Source: Eledone cirrhosa
Taxonomy: Eukaryota
DNA: 64,000 nt
NCBI GenBank assembly: GCA_964016885.1
Contig: OZ024745.1
Location: forward strand, 59,334,001 to 59,398,000
Direction: 5' to 3'
Below are positions 37,800 through 49,569 of the stretch, in pieces. How positions within the stretch are numbered: position 1 is the first letter of the stretch; each line of letters starts with the position of its first letter. Made by a program: the position numbers and the translations under genes. The notes under the pieces were generated by a model that saw only the letters and a list, made by a program, of their open reading frames with translations, did no database searches and was not told the origin of the DNA.

Positions 37800-40700
37800 G
37801 ACTTGGAGTGAGAACCACGACTTGGAGTGAGAACCTCGACTTGGAGTGAGAACCACGACTTGGAGTGAGAACCTCGACTTGGAGTGAGAACCTCGACTTG
37901 GAGTGAAAACCTCGACTTGGAGTGAAAACCTCGACTTGGAGTGAGAACCTCGCCTTGGAGTGAAAACCTCGACTTGGAGTGAAAACCTCGACTTGGAGTG
38001 AGAACCTCGACTTGGAGTGAAAACCTCGACTTGGAGTGAGAACCTCGACTTGGAGTGAAAACCTCGACTTGGAGTGAGAACCTCGACTTGGAGTGAGAAC
38101 CTCGACTTGGAGTGAAAACCTCGACTTGGAGTGAAAACCTCGACTTGGAGTGAAAACCTCGACTTGGAGTGAGAACCTCGACTTGGAGTGAGAACCTCGA
38201 TTTGGAGTGATAACCTCGACTTGGAGTGAAAACCTCGATTTGGAGTGAGAACCTCGACTTGGAGTGAAAACCTCGATTTGGAGTGAAAACCTCGACTTGG
38301 AGTGAAAACCTCGACTTGGAGTGAGAACCTCGACTTGGAGTGAGAACCTCGACTTGGAGTGAGAACCTCGACTTGGAGTGAGAACCTCGACTTGGAGTGA
38401 GAACCTCGACTTGGAGTGAGAACCTCGACTTGGAGTGAGAACCTCGACTTGGAGTGAGAACCGCGACTTGGAGTGAAAACCTCGACTTGGAGTGAAAACC
38501 TCAACTTGGAGTGAAAACCTCGACTTGGAGTGAGAACCTCGACTTGGAGTGAGAACCTCGACTTGGAGTGAGAACCTCGACTTGGAGTGAAAACCTCGAC
38601 TTGGAGTGACAACCTCGACTTGGAGTGAAAACCTCGACTTGGAGTGAGAACCTCGACTTGGAGTGAGAACCTCGACTTGGAGTGAGAACCTCGACTTGGA
38701 GTGAGAACCTCGACTTGGAGTGAGAACCTCGACTTGGAGTGAAAACCTCGACTTGGAGTGAGAACCTCGACTTGGGGTGAAAACCTCGACTTGGAGTGAG
38801 AACCTCGACTTGGAGTGAGAACCTCGACTTGGGGTGAAAACCTCGACTTGCGGTGAAAACCTCGACTTGGGGTGAAAACCTCGACTTGGAGTGAAAACCT
38901 CGACTTGGAGTGAGAACCTCGACTTGGAGTGAAAACCTCGACTTGGAGTGAGAACCTCGACTTGGAGTGAGAACCTCGACTTGGAGTGAAAACCTCGACT
39001 TGGAGTGAAAACCTCGACTTGGAGTGAAAACCTCGACTAGGAGTGAAAACCTCGACTTGGAGTGAGAACCTCGACTTGGAGTGAAAACCTCGATTTGGAG
39101 TGAAAACCTCGACTTGGAGTGAAAACCTCGACTTGGAGTGAAAACCTCGACTTGGAGTGAAAACCTCGACTTGGAGTGAGAACCTCGACTTGGAGTGAGA
39201 ACCTCGACTTGGAGTGAAAACCTCGACATGGAGTGAAAACCTCGACTTGGAGTGAAAACCTCGACTTGGAGTGAGAACCTCGACTTGGAGTGAGAACCTC
39301 GACTTGGAGTGAGAACCTCGACTTGGAGTGAGAACCTCGACTTGGAGTGAAAACCTCGATTTGGAGTGAAAACCTCGACTTGGAGTGAAAACCTCGACTT
39401 GGAGTGAGAACCTCGACTTGGAGTGAGAACCTCGACTTGGAGTGAAAACCTCGACATGGAGTGAAAACCTCGACTTGGAGTGAAAACCTCGACTTGGAGT
39501 GAAAACCTCGACATGGAGTGAGAACCCCGACTTGGAGTGAAAACCTCGACTTGGAGTGAGAACCCCGACTTGGAGTGAAAACCTCGACTTGGAGTGAGAA
39601 CCTCGACTTGGAGTGAAAACCTCGACTTGGAGTGAGAACCTCGACTTGGAGTGAAAACCTCGACTTGGAGTGAGAACCTCGACTTGGAGTGAGAACCTCG
39701 ACTTGGAGTGAGAACCTCGACTTGGAGTGAGAACCTCGACTTGGAGTGAGAACCTCGACTTGGAGTGAGAACCTCGACTTGGAGTGAAAACCTCGACTTG
39801 GAGTGAGAACCTCGACTTGGAGTGAAAACCTCGACTTGGAGTGAGAACCACGACTTGGAGTGAGAACCTCGACTTGGAGTGAGAACCACGACTTGGAGTG
39901 AGAACCACGACTTGGAGTGAGAACCTCGACTTGGAGTGAGAACCACGACTTGGAGTGAGAACCTCGACTTGGAGTGAGAACCTCGACTTGGAGTGAAAAC
40001 CTCGACTTGGAGTGAAAACCTCGACTTGGAGTGAGAACCTCGCCTTGGAGTGAAAACCTCGACTTGGAGTGAAAACCTCGACTTGGGGTGAGAACCTCGA
40101 CTTGGAGTGAAAACCTCGACTTGGAGTGAGAACCTCAACTTGGAGTGAAAACCTCGACTTGGAGTGAGAACCTCGACTTGGAGTGAGAACCTCGACTTGG
40201 AGTGAAAACCTCGACTTGGAGTGAAAACCTCGACTTGGAGTGAAAACCTCGACTTGGAGTGAGAACCTCGACTTGGAGTGAGAACCTCGATTTGGAGTGA
40301 GAACCTCGACTTGGAGTGAAAACCTCGATTTGGAGTGAGAACCTCGACTTGGAGTGAAAACCTCGATTTGGAGTGAAAACCTCGACTTGGAGTGAAAACC
40401 TCGACTTGGAGTGAGAACCTCGACTTGGAGTGAGAACCTCGACTTGGAGTGAGAACCTCGACTTGGAGTGAGAACCTCGACTTGGAGTGAGAACCTCGAC
40501 TTGGAGTGAGAACCTCGACTTGGAGTGAGAACCTCGACTTGGAGTGAAAACCTCGACTTGGAGTGAAAACCTCGACTTGGAGTGAAAACCTCGACTTGGA
40601 GTGAAAACCTCGACTTGGAGTGAGAACCTCGACTTGGAGTGAGAACCTCGACTTGGAGTGAAAACCTCGACTTGGAGTGACAACCTCGACTTGGAGTGAA

Positions 40701-43700
40701 AACCTCGACTTGGAGTGAGAACCTCGACTTGGAGTGAGAACCTCGACTTGGAGTGAGAACCTCGACTTGGAGTGAAAACCTCGACTTGGAGTGAGAACCT
40801 CGACTTGGGGTGAAAACCTCAACTTGGAGTGAGAACCTCGACTTGGAGTGAGAACCTCGACTTGGGGTGAAAACCTCGACTTGGGGTGAAAACCTCGACT
40901 TGGAGTGAAAACCTCGACTTGGAGTGAGAACCTCGACTTGGAGTGAAAACCTCGACTTGGAGTGAGAACCTCGACTTGGAGTGAGAACCTCGACTTGGAG
41001 TGAGAACCTCGACTTGGAGTGAAAACCTCGACTTGGAGTGAAAACCTCGACTTGGAGTGAAAACCTCGACTTGGAGTGAAAACCTCGACTAGGAGTGAAA
41101 ACCTCGACTTGGAGTGAGAACCTCGACTTGGAGTGAAAACCTCGATTTGGAGTGAAAACCTCGACTTGGAGTGAAAACCTCGACTTGGAGTGAGAACCTC
41201 GACTTGGAGTGAAAACCTCGACTTGGAGTGAAAACCTCGACTTGGAGTGAAAACCTCGACATGGAGTGAAAACCTCGACTTGGAGTGAAAACCTCGACTT
41301 GGACTGAAAACCTCGACATGGAGTGAGAACCCCGACTTGGAGTGAAAACCTCGACTTGGAGTGAGAACCTCGACTTGGAGTGAAAACCTCGACTTGGAGT
41401 GAGAAGCTCGACTTGGAGTGAGAACCTCGACTTGGAGTGAAAACCTCGACTTGGAGTGAAAACCTCGACTTGGAGTGAGAACCTCGACTTGGAGTGAGAA
41501 CCTCGACTTGGAGTGAAAACCTCGACTTGGAGTGAGAACCTCGACTTGGAGTGAAAACCTCGACTTGGAGTGAGAACCTCGACTTGGAGTGAGAACCTCG
41601 ACTTGGAGTGAAAACCTCGACTTGGAGTGAGAACCTCGACTTGGAGTGAGAACCTCGACTTGGAGTGAGAACCTCGACTTGGAGTGAGAACCTCGACTTG
41701 GAGTGAGAACCTCGACTTGGAGTGAGAACCTCGACTTGGAGTGAAAACCTCGACTTGGAGTGAGAACCTCGACTTGGAGTGAAAACCTCGACTTGGAGTG
41801 AGAACCACGACTTGGAGTGAGAACCTCGACTTGGAGTGAGAACCACGACTTGGAGTGAGAACCACGACTTGGAGTGAGAACCTCGACTTGGAGTGAGAAC
41901 CACGACTTGGAGTGAGAACCTCGACTTGGAGTGAGAACCTCGACTTGGAGTGAAAACCTCGACTTGGAGTGAAAACCTCGACTTGGAGTGAGAACCTCGC
42001 CTTGGAGTGAAAACCTCGACTTGGAGTGAAAACCTCGACTTGGGGTGAGAACCTCGACTTGGAGTGAAAACCTCGACTTGGAGTGAGAACCTCAACTTGG
42101 AGTGAAAACCTCGACTTGGAGTGAGAACCTCGACTTGGAGTGAGAACCTCGACTTGGAGTGAAAACCTCGACTTGGAGTGAAAACCTCGACTTGGAGTGA
42201 AAACCTCGACTTGGAGTGAGAACCTCGACTTGGAGTGAGAACCTCGATTTGGAGTGAGAACCTCGACTTGGAGTGAAAACCTCGATTTGGAGTGAGAACC
42301 TCGACTTGGAGTGAAAACCTCGATTTGGAGTGAAAACCTCGACTTGGAGTGAAAACCTCGACTTGGAGTGAGAACCTCGACTTGGAGTGAGAACCTCGAC
42401 TTGGAGTGAGAACCTCGACTTGGAGTGAGAACCTCGACTTGGAGTGAGAACCTCGACTTGGAGTGAGAACCTCGACTTGGAGTGAGAACCTCGACTTGGA
42501 GTGAAAACCTCGACTTGGAGTGAAAACCTCGACTTGGAGTGAAAACCTCGACTTGGAGTGAAAACCTCGACTTGGAGTGAGAACCTCGACTTGGAGTGAG
42601 AACCTCGACTTGGAGTGAAAACCTCGACTTGGAGTGACAACCTCGACTTGGAGTGAAAACCTCGACTTGGAGTGAGAACCTCGACTTGGAGTGAGAACCT
42701 CGACTTGGAGTGAGAACCTCGACTTGGAGTGAAAACCTCGACTTGGAGTGAGAACCTCGACTTGGGGTGAAAACCTCAACTTGGAGTGAGAACCTCGACT
42801 TGGAGTGAGAACCTCGACTTGGGGTGAAAACCTCGACTTGGGGTGAAAACCTCGACTTGGAGTGAAAACCTCGACTTGGAGTGAGAACCTCGACTTGGAG
42901 TGAAAACCTCGACTTGGAGTGAGAACCTCGACTTGGAGTGAGAACCTCGACTTGGAGTGAGAACCTCGACTTGGAGTGAAAACCTCGACTTGGAGTGAAA
43001 ACCTCGACTTGGAGTGAAAACCTCGACTTGGAGTGAAAACCTCGACTAGGAGTGAAAACCTCGACTTGGAGTGAGAACCTCGACTTGGAGTGAAAACCTC
43101 GATTTGGAGTGAAAACCTCGACTTGGAGTGAAAACCTCGACTTGGAGTGAGAACCTCGACTTGGAGTGAAAACCTCGACTTGGAGTGAAAACCTCGACAT
43201 GGAGTGAAAACCTCGACTTGGAGTGAAAACCTCGACTTGGAGTGAAAACCTCGACATGGAGTGAGAACCCCGACTTGGAGTGAAAACCTCGACTTGGAGT
43301 GAGAACCTCGACTTGGAGTGAAAACCTCGACTTGGAGTGAGAAGCTCGACTTGGAGTGAGAACCTCGACTTGGAGTGAAAACCTCGACTTGGAGTGAAAA
43401 CCTCGACTTGGAGTGAGAACCTCGACTTGGAGTGAGAACCTCGACTTGGAGTGAGAACCTCGATTTGGAGTGAGAACCTCGACTTGGAGTGAGAACCTCG
43501 ACTTGGAGTGAAAACCTCGACTTGGAGTGAGAACCTCGACTTGGAGTGAAAACCTCGACTTGGAGTGAGAACCTCGCCTTGGAGTGAAAACCTCGACTTG
43601 GAGTGAAAACCTCGACTTGGGGTGAGAACCTCGACTTGGAGTGAAAACCTCGACTTGGAGTGAGAACCTCAACTTGGAGTGAAAACCTCGACTTGGAGTG

Positions 43701-44600
43701 AGAACCTCGACTTGGAGTGAGAACCTCGACTTGGAGTGAAAACCTCGACTTGGAGTGAAAACCTCGACTTGGAGTGAAAACCTCGACTTGGAGTGAGAAC
43801 CTCGACTTGGAGTGAGAACCTCGATTTGGAGTGAGAACCTCGACTTGGAGTGAAAACCTCGATTTGGAGTGAGAACCTCGACTTGGAGTGAAAACCTCGA
43901 TTTGGAGTGAAAACCTCGACTTGGAGTGAAAACCTCGACTTGGAGTGAGAACCTCGACTTGGAGTGAGAACCTCGACTTGGAGTGAGAACCTCGACTTGG
44001 AGTGAGAACCTCGACTTGGAGTGAGAACCTCGACTTGGAGTGAGAACCTCGACTTGGAGTGAAAACCTCGACTTGGAGTGAAAACCTCGACTTGGAGTGA
44101 AAACCTCGACTTGGAGTGAAAACCTCGACTTGGAGTGAAAACCTCGACTTGGAGTGAGAACCTCGACTTGGAGTGAGAACCTCGACTTGGAGTGAAAACC
44201 TCGACTTGGAGTGACAACCTCGACTTGGAGTGAAAACCTCGACTTGGAGTGAGAACCTCGACTTGGAGTGAGAACCTCGACTTGGAGTGAGAACCTCGAC
44301 TTGGAGTGAAAACCTCGACTTGGAGTGAGAACCTCGACTTGGGGTGAAAACCTCAACTTGGAGTGAGAACCTCGACTTGGAGTGAGAACCTCGACTTGGG
44401 GTGAAAACCTCGACTTGGGGTGAAAACCTCGACTTGGAGTGAAAACCTCGACTTGGAGTGAGAACCTCGACTTGGAGTGAAAACCTCGACTTGGAGTGAG
44501 AACCTCGACTTGGAGTGAGAACCTCGACTTGGAGTGAGAACCTCGACTTGGAGTGAAAACCTCGACTTGGAGTGAAAACCTCGACTTGGAGTGAAAACCT
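37800..44600. repeat. Higher-order repeat of ~1.6-2.1 kb (110-, 103- and 83-monomer steps)
   Basis: The CTCGCC monomer occurs at 37941, 40031, 41988 and 43565 (steps 2090, 1957, 1577). The AACCACG cluster recurs at 39841/41798 (1957). ORF ends 40135/42092 and 41089/43046 differ by 1957. Confidence 0.87.
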
Positions 44601-44628
44601 CGACTTGGAGTGAGAACCTCGACTTGGA

Positions 44629-46020
44629 GTGGAAACCTCGACTTGGAGTGAAAACCTCGACTTGGAGTGAGAACCTCGACTTGGAGTGAAAACCTCGACT
44701 TCGAGTGAAAACCTCGCCTTAGAGTGAAAACCTCGACTTGGAGTGAGAACCTCGCCTTGGAGTGAAAACCTCGACTTGGAGTGAAAACCTCGACTTGGAG
44801 TGAAAACCTCGACTTGGAGTGAAAACCTCGACTTGGAGTGAGAACCTCGACTTGGGGTGAGAACCTCGACTTGGAGTGAGAACCTCGACTTGGAGTGAGA
44901 ACCTCGACTTGGAGTGAGAACCTCGACTTGGAGTGAAAACCTCGACTTGGAGTGAGAACCTCGACTTGGAGTGAGAACCTCGACTTGGAGTGAAAACCTC
45001 GACTTGGAGTGAGAACCTCGACTTGGAGTGGAAACCTCGACTTGGAGTGAAAACCTCGACTTGGAGTGAGAACCTCGACTTGGAGTGAAAACCTCGACTT
45101 CGAGTGAAAACCTCGCCTTAGAGTGAAAACCTCGACTTGGAGTGAGAACCTCGCCTTGGAGTGAAAACCTCGACTTGGAGTGAAAACCTCGACTTGCAGT
45201 GAGAACCTCGACTTGCAGTGAGAACCTCGACTTGCAGTGAGAACCTCGACTTGGAGTGAAAACCTCGACTTGGAGTGAAAACCTCGACTTGGAGTGAAAA
45301 CCTCGACTTGGAGTGAAAACCTCGACTTGGAGTGAAAACCTCGACTTGGAGTGAAAACCTCGATTTGGAGTGAAAACCTCGATTTGGAGTGAAAACCTCG
45401 ACTTGGAGTGAAAACCTCGACTTGGAGTGAGAACCTCGACTTGGAGTGAAAACCTCGACTTGGAGTGAAAACCTCGACATGGAGTGAAAACCTCGACTTG
45501 GAGTGAAAACCTCGACTTGGAGTGAAAACCTCGACATGGAGTGAGAACCCCGACTTGGAGTGAAAACCTCGACTTGGAGTGAGAACCTCGACTTGGAGTG
45601 AAAACCTCGACTTGGAGTGAGAAGCTCGACTTGGAGTGAGAACCTCGACTTGGAGTGAAAACCTCGACTTGGAGTGAAAACCTCGACTTGGAGTGAGAAC
45701 CTCGACTTGGAGTGAGAACCTCGACTTGGAGTGAGAACCTCGACTTGGAGTGAGAACCTCGACTTGGAGTGAGAACCTCGACTTGGAGTGAAAACCTCGA
45801 CTTGGAGTGAGAACCTCGACTTGGAGTGAGAACCTCGACTTGGAGTGAAAACCTCGACTTGGAGTGAGAACCTCGACTTGGAGTGGAAACCTCGACTTGG
45901 AGTGAAAACCTCGACTTGGAGTGAGAACCTCGACTTGGAGTGAAAACCTCGACTTCGAGTGAAAACCTCGCCTTAGAGTGAAAACCTCGACTTGGAGTGA
46001 GAACCTCGCCTTGGAGTGAA
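44629..46020. repeat. Three copies of a short variant cassette (GTGGAAAC ... TTCGAG, CGCCTTAGA ... CGCC)
   Basis: The cassette starts at 44629, 45028 and 45883 (steps 399 bp = 21 monomers and 855 bp = 45 monomers). Confidence 0.85.
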
Positions 46021-49000
46021 AACCTCGACTTGGAGTGAAAACCTCGACTTGCAGTGAGAACCTCGACTTGCAGTGAGAACCTCGACTTGCAGTGAGAACC
46101 TCGACTTGGAGTGAAAACCTCGACTTGGAGTGAAAACCTCGACTTGGAGTGAAAACCTCGACTTGGAGTGAAAACCTCGACTTGGAGTGAAAACCTCGAC
46201 TTGGAGTGAAAACCTCGATTTGGAGTGAAAACCTCGATTTGGAGTGAAAACCTCGATTTGGAGTGAAAACCTCGATTTGGAGTGAAAACCTCGATTTGGA
46301 GTGAAAACCTCGACTTGGAGTGAGAACCTCGACTTGGAGTGAAAACCTCGACTTGGAGTGAGAACCTCGACTTGGAGTGAGAACCTCGACTTGGAGTGAG
46401 AACCTCGACTTGGAGTGAAAACCTCGACTTGGAGTGAAAACCTCGACTTGGAGTGAAAACCTCGACTTGGAGTGAAAACCTCGACTTGGAGTGAAAACCT
46501 CGACTAGGAGTGAAAACCTCGACTTGGAGTGAGAACCTCGACTTGGAGTGAAAACCTCGATTTGGAGTGAAAACCTCGACTTGGAGTGAAAACCTCGACT
46601 TGGAGTGAGAACCTCGACTTGGAGTGAGAACCTCGACTTGGAGTGAAAACCTCGACATGGAGTGAAAACCTCGACTTGGAGTGAAAACCTCGACTTGGAG
46701 TGAAAACCTCGACATGGAGTGAGAACCCCGACTTGGAGTGAAAACCTCGACTTGGAGTGAGAACCCCGACTTGGAGTGAAAACCTCGACTTGGAGTGAGA
46801 ACCTCGACTTGGAGTGAAAACCTCGACTTGGAGTGAGAACCTCGACTTGGAGTGAAAACCTCGACTTGGAGTGAAAACCTCGACTTGGAGTGAGAACCTC
46901 GACTTGGAGTGAGAACCTCGACTTGGAGTGAGAACCTCGACTTGGAGTGAGAACCTCGACTTGGAGTGAGAACCTCGACTTGGAGTGAAAACCTCGACTT
47001 GGAGTGAGAACCTCGACTTGGAGTGAGAACCTCGACTTGCAGTGAGAACCTCGACTTGCAGTGAGAACCTCGACTTGGAGTGAAAACCTCGACTTGGAGT
47101 GAAAACCTCGACTTGGAGTGAAAACCTCGACTTGGAGTGAAAACCTCGACTTGGAGTGAAAACCTCGACTTGGAGTGAAAACCTCGACTTGGAGTGAAAA
47201 CCTAGACTTGGAGTGAAAACCTAGACTTGGAGTGAAAACCTCGATTTGGAGTGAAAACCTCGATTTGGAGTGAAAACCTCGATTTGGAGTGAAAACCTCG
47301 ACTTGGAGTGAAAACCTCGACTTGGAGTGAGAACCTCGACTTGGAGTGAGAACCTCGAGTTGGAGTGAAAACCTCGACTTGGAGTGAGAACCTCGACTTG
47401 GAGTGAAAACCTCGACTTGGAGTGAAAACCTCGACTTGGAGTGAGAACCTCGACTTGGAGTGAGAACCTCGACTTGGAGTGAGAACCGCGACTTGGAGTG
47501 AGAACCGCGACTTAGAGTGAAAACCTCGACTTGGAGTGAGAACCTCGACTTGGAGTGAGAACCTCGACTTGGAGTGAGAACCTCGACTTGGAGTGAGAAC
47601 CTCGACTTGGAGTGAGAACCTCGACTTGGAGTGAGAACCTCGACTTGGAGTGAGAACCTCGACTTGGAGTGAAAACCTCGACTTGGAGTGAGAACCTCGA
47701 CTTGGAGTGAGAACCTCGACTTGGAGTGAGAACCTCGACTTGGAGTGAAAACCTCGACTTGGAGTGAGAACCTCGACTTGGAGTGAGAACCTCGACTTGG
47801 AGTGATAACCTCGACTTGGAGTGAGAACCTCGACTTGGAGTGAGAACCTCGACTTGGAGTGAGAACCTCGACTTAGAGTGAAAACCTCGACTTGGAGTGA
47901 AAACCTCGACTTAGAGTGAAAACCTCGACTTGGAGTGAAAACCTCGACTAGGAGTGAAAACCTCGACTTGGAGTGAGAACCTCGACTTGGAGTGAAAACC
48001 TCGACTAGGAGTGAAAACCTCGACTTGGAGTGAAAACCTCGACTTGGAGTGAAAACCTCGACTTGGAGTGAGAACCTCGACTTGGAGTGAAAACCTCGAC
48101 TTGGAGTGACAACCTCGCCTTGGAGTGAAAACCTCGACTTTGAGTGAGAACCTCGGCTTGGAGTGAAAACCTCGACTTTGAGTGAGAACCTCGCCTTGGA
48201 GTGAAAACCTCGACTTTGAGTGAGAACCTCGCCTTGGAGTGAAAACCTCGACTTGGAGTGAGAACCTCGACTTGGAGTGAAAACCTCGACTTGGAGTGAA
48301 AACCTCGACTTGGAGTGAAAACCTCGACTTGGAGTGAAAACCTCGACTTGGAGTGAAAACCTCGATTTGGAGTGAAAACCTCGACTTGGAGTGAAAACCT
48401 CGACTTGGAGTGAAAACCTCGATTTGGAGTGAAAACCTAGACTTGGAGTGAAAACCTCGATTTGGAGTGAAAACCTCGAGTTGCAGTGAGAACCTCGACT
48501 TGGAGTGAGAACCTCGACTTGGAGTGAGAACCTCGACTTGGAGTGAAAACCTCGACTTGGAGTGAAAACCTCGACTTGGAGTGAAAACCTCGACTTGGAG
48601 TGAAAACCTCGACTTGGAGTGAGAACCTCGACTTGGAGTGAGAACCTCGACTTGGAGTGAGAACCTCGACTTGGAGTGAGAACCTCGACTTGGAGTGAGA
48701 ACCTCGACTTGGAGTGAAAACCTCGACTTGGAGTGAAAACCTCGATTTGGAGTGAAAACCTCGACTTGGAGTGAAAACCTCGACTTGGAGTGAAAACCTC
48801 GACTTGGAGTGAAAACCTCGATTTGGAGTGAAAACCTAGACTTGGAGTGAAAACCTCGATTTGGAGTGAGAACCTCGACTTGGAGTGAGAACCTCGACTT
48901 GGAGTGAGAACCTCGACTTGGAGTGAGAACCTCGACTTGGAGTGAAAACCTCGACTTGGAGTGAAAACCTCGACTTGGAGTGAAAACCTCGACTTGGAGT

Positions 49001-49549
49001 GAAAACCTCGACTTGGAGTGAGAACCTCGACTTGGAGTGAGAACCTCGACTTGGAGTGAGAACCTCGACTTGGAGTGAAAACCTCGACTTGGAGTGAAAA
49101 CCTCGACTTGGAGTGAAAACCTCGACTTGGAGTGAGAACCTCGACTTGGAGTGAGAACCTCGACTTGGAGTGAAAACCTCGACTTGGAGTGAGAACCTCG
49201 ACTTGGAGTGAAAACCTCGACTTGGAGTGAAAACCTCGACTTGGAGTGAGAACCTCGACTTGGAGTGAAAACCTCGACTTGGAGTGAAAACCTCGACTTG
49301 GAGTGAAAACCTCGACTTGGAGTGAGAACCTCGACTTGGAGTGAAAACCTCGACTTGGAGTGAGAACCTCGACTTGGAGTGAAAACCTCGACTTGGAGTG
49401 AGAACCTCGACTTGGAGTGAAAACCTCGACTTGGAGTGAGAACCTCGACTTGGAGTGAAAACCTCGACTTGGAGTGAAAACCTCGACTTGGAGTGAGAAC
49501 CTCGACTTGGAGTGAGAACCTCGACTTGGAGTGAGAACCTCGACTTGGA

Positions 49550-49569
49550 GTGAAAAACCTCGACTTGGA
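49550..49569. other. 20-bp monomer (1-bp A insertion, GTGAAAAACC)
   Basis: Seen directly; the register shifts by +1. Confidence 0.9.
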
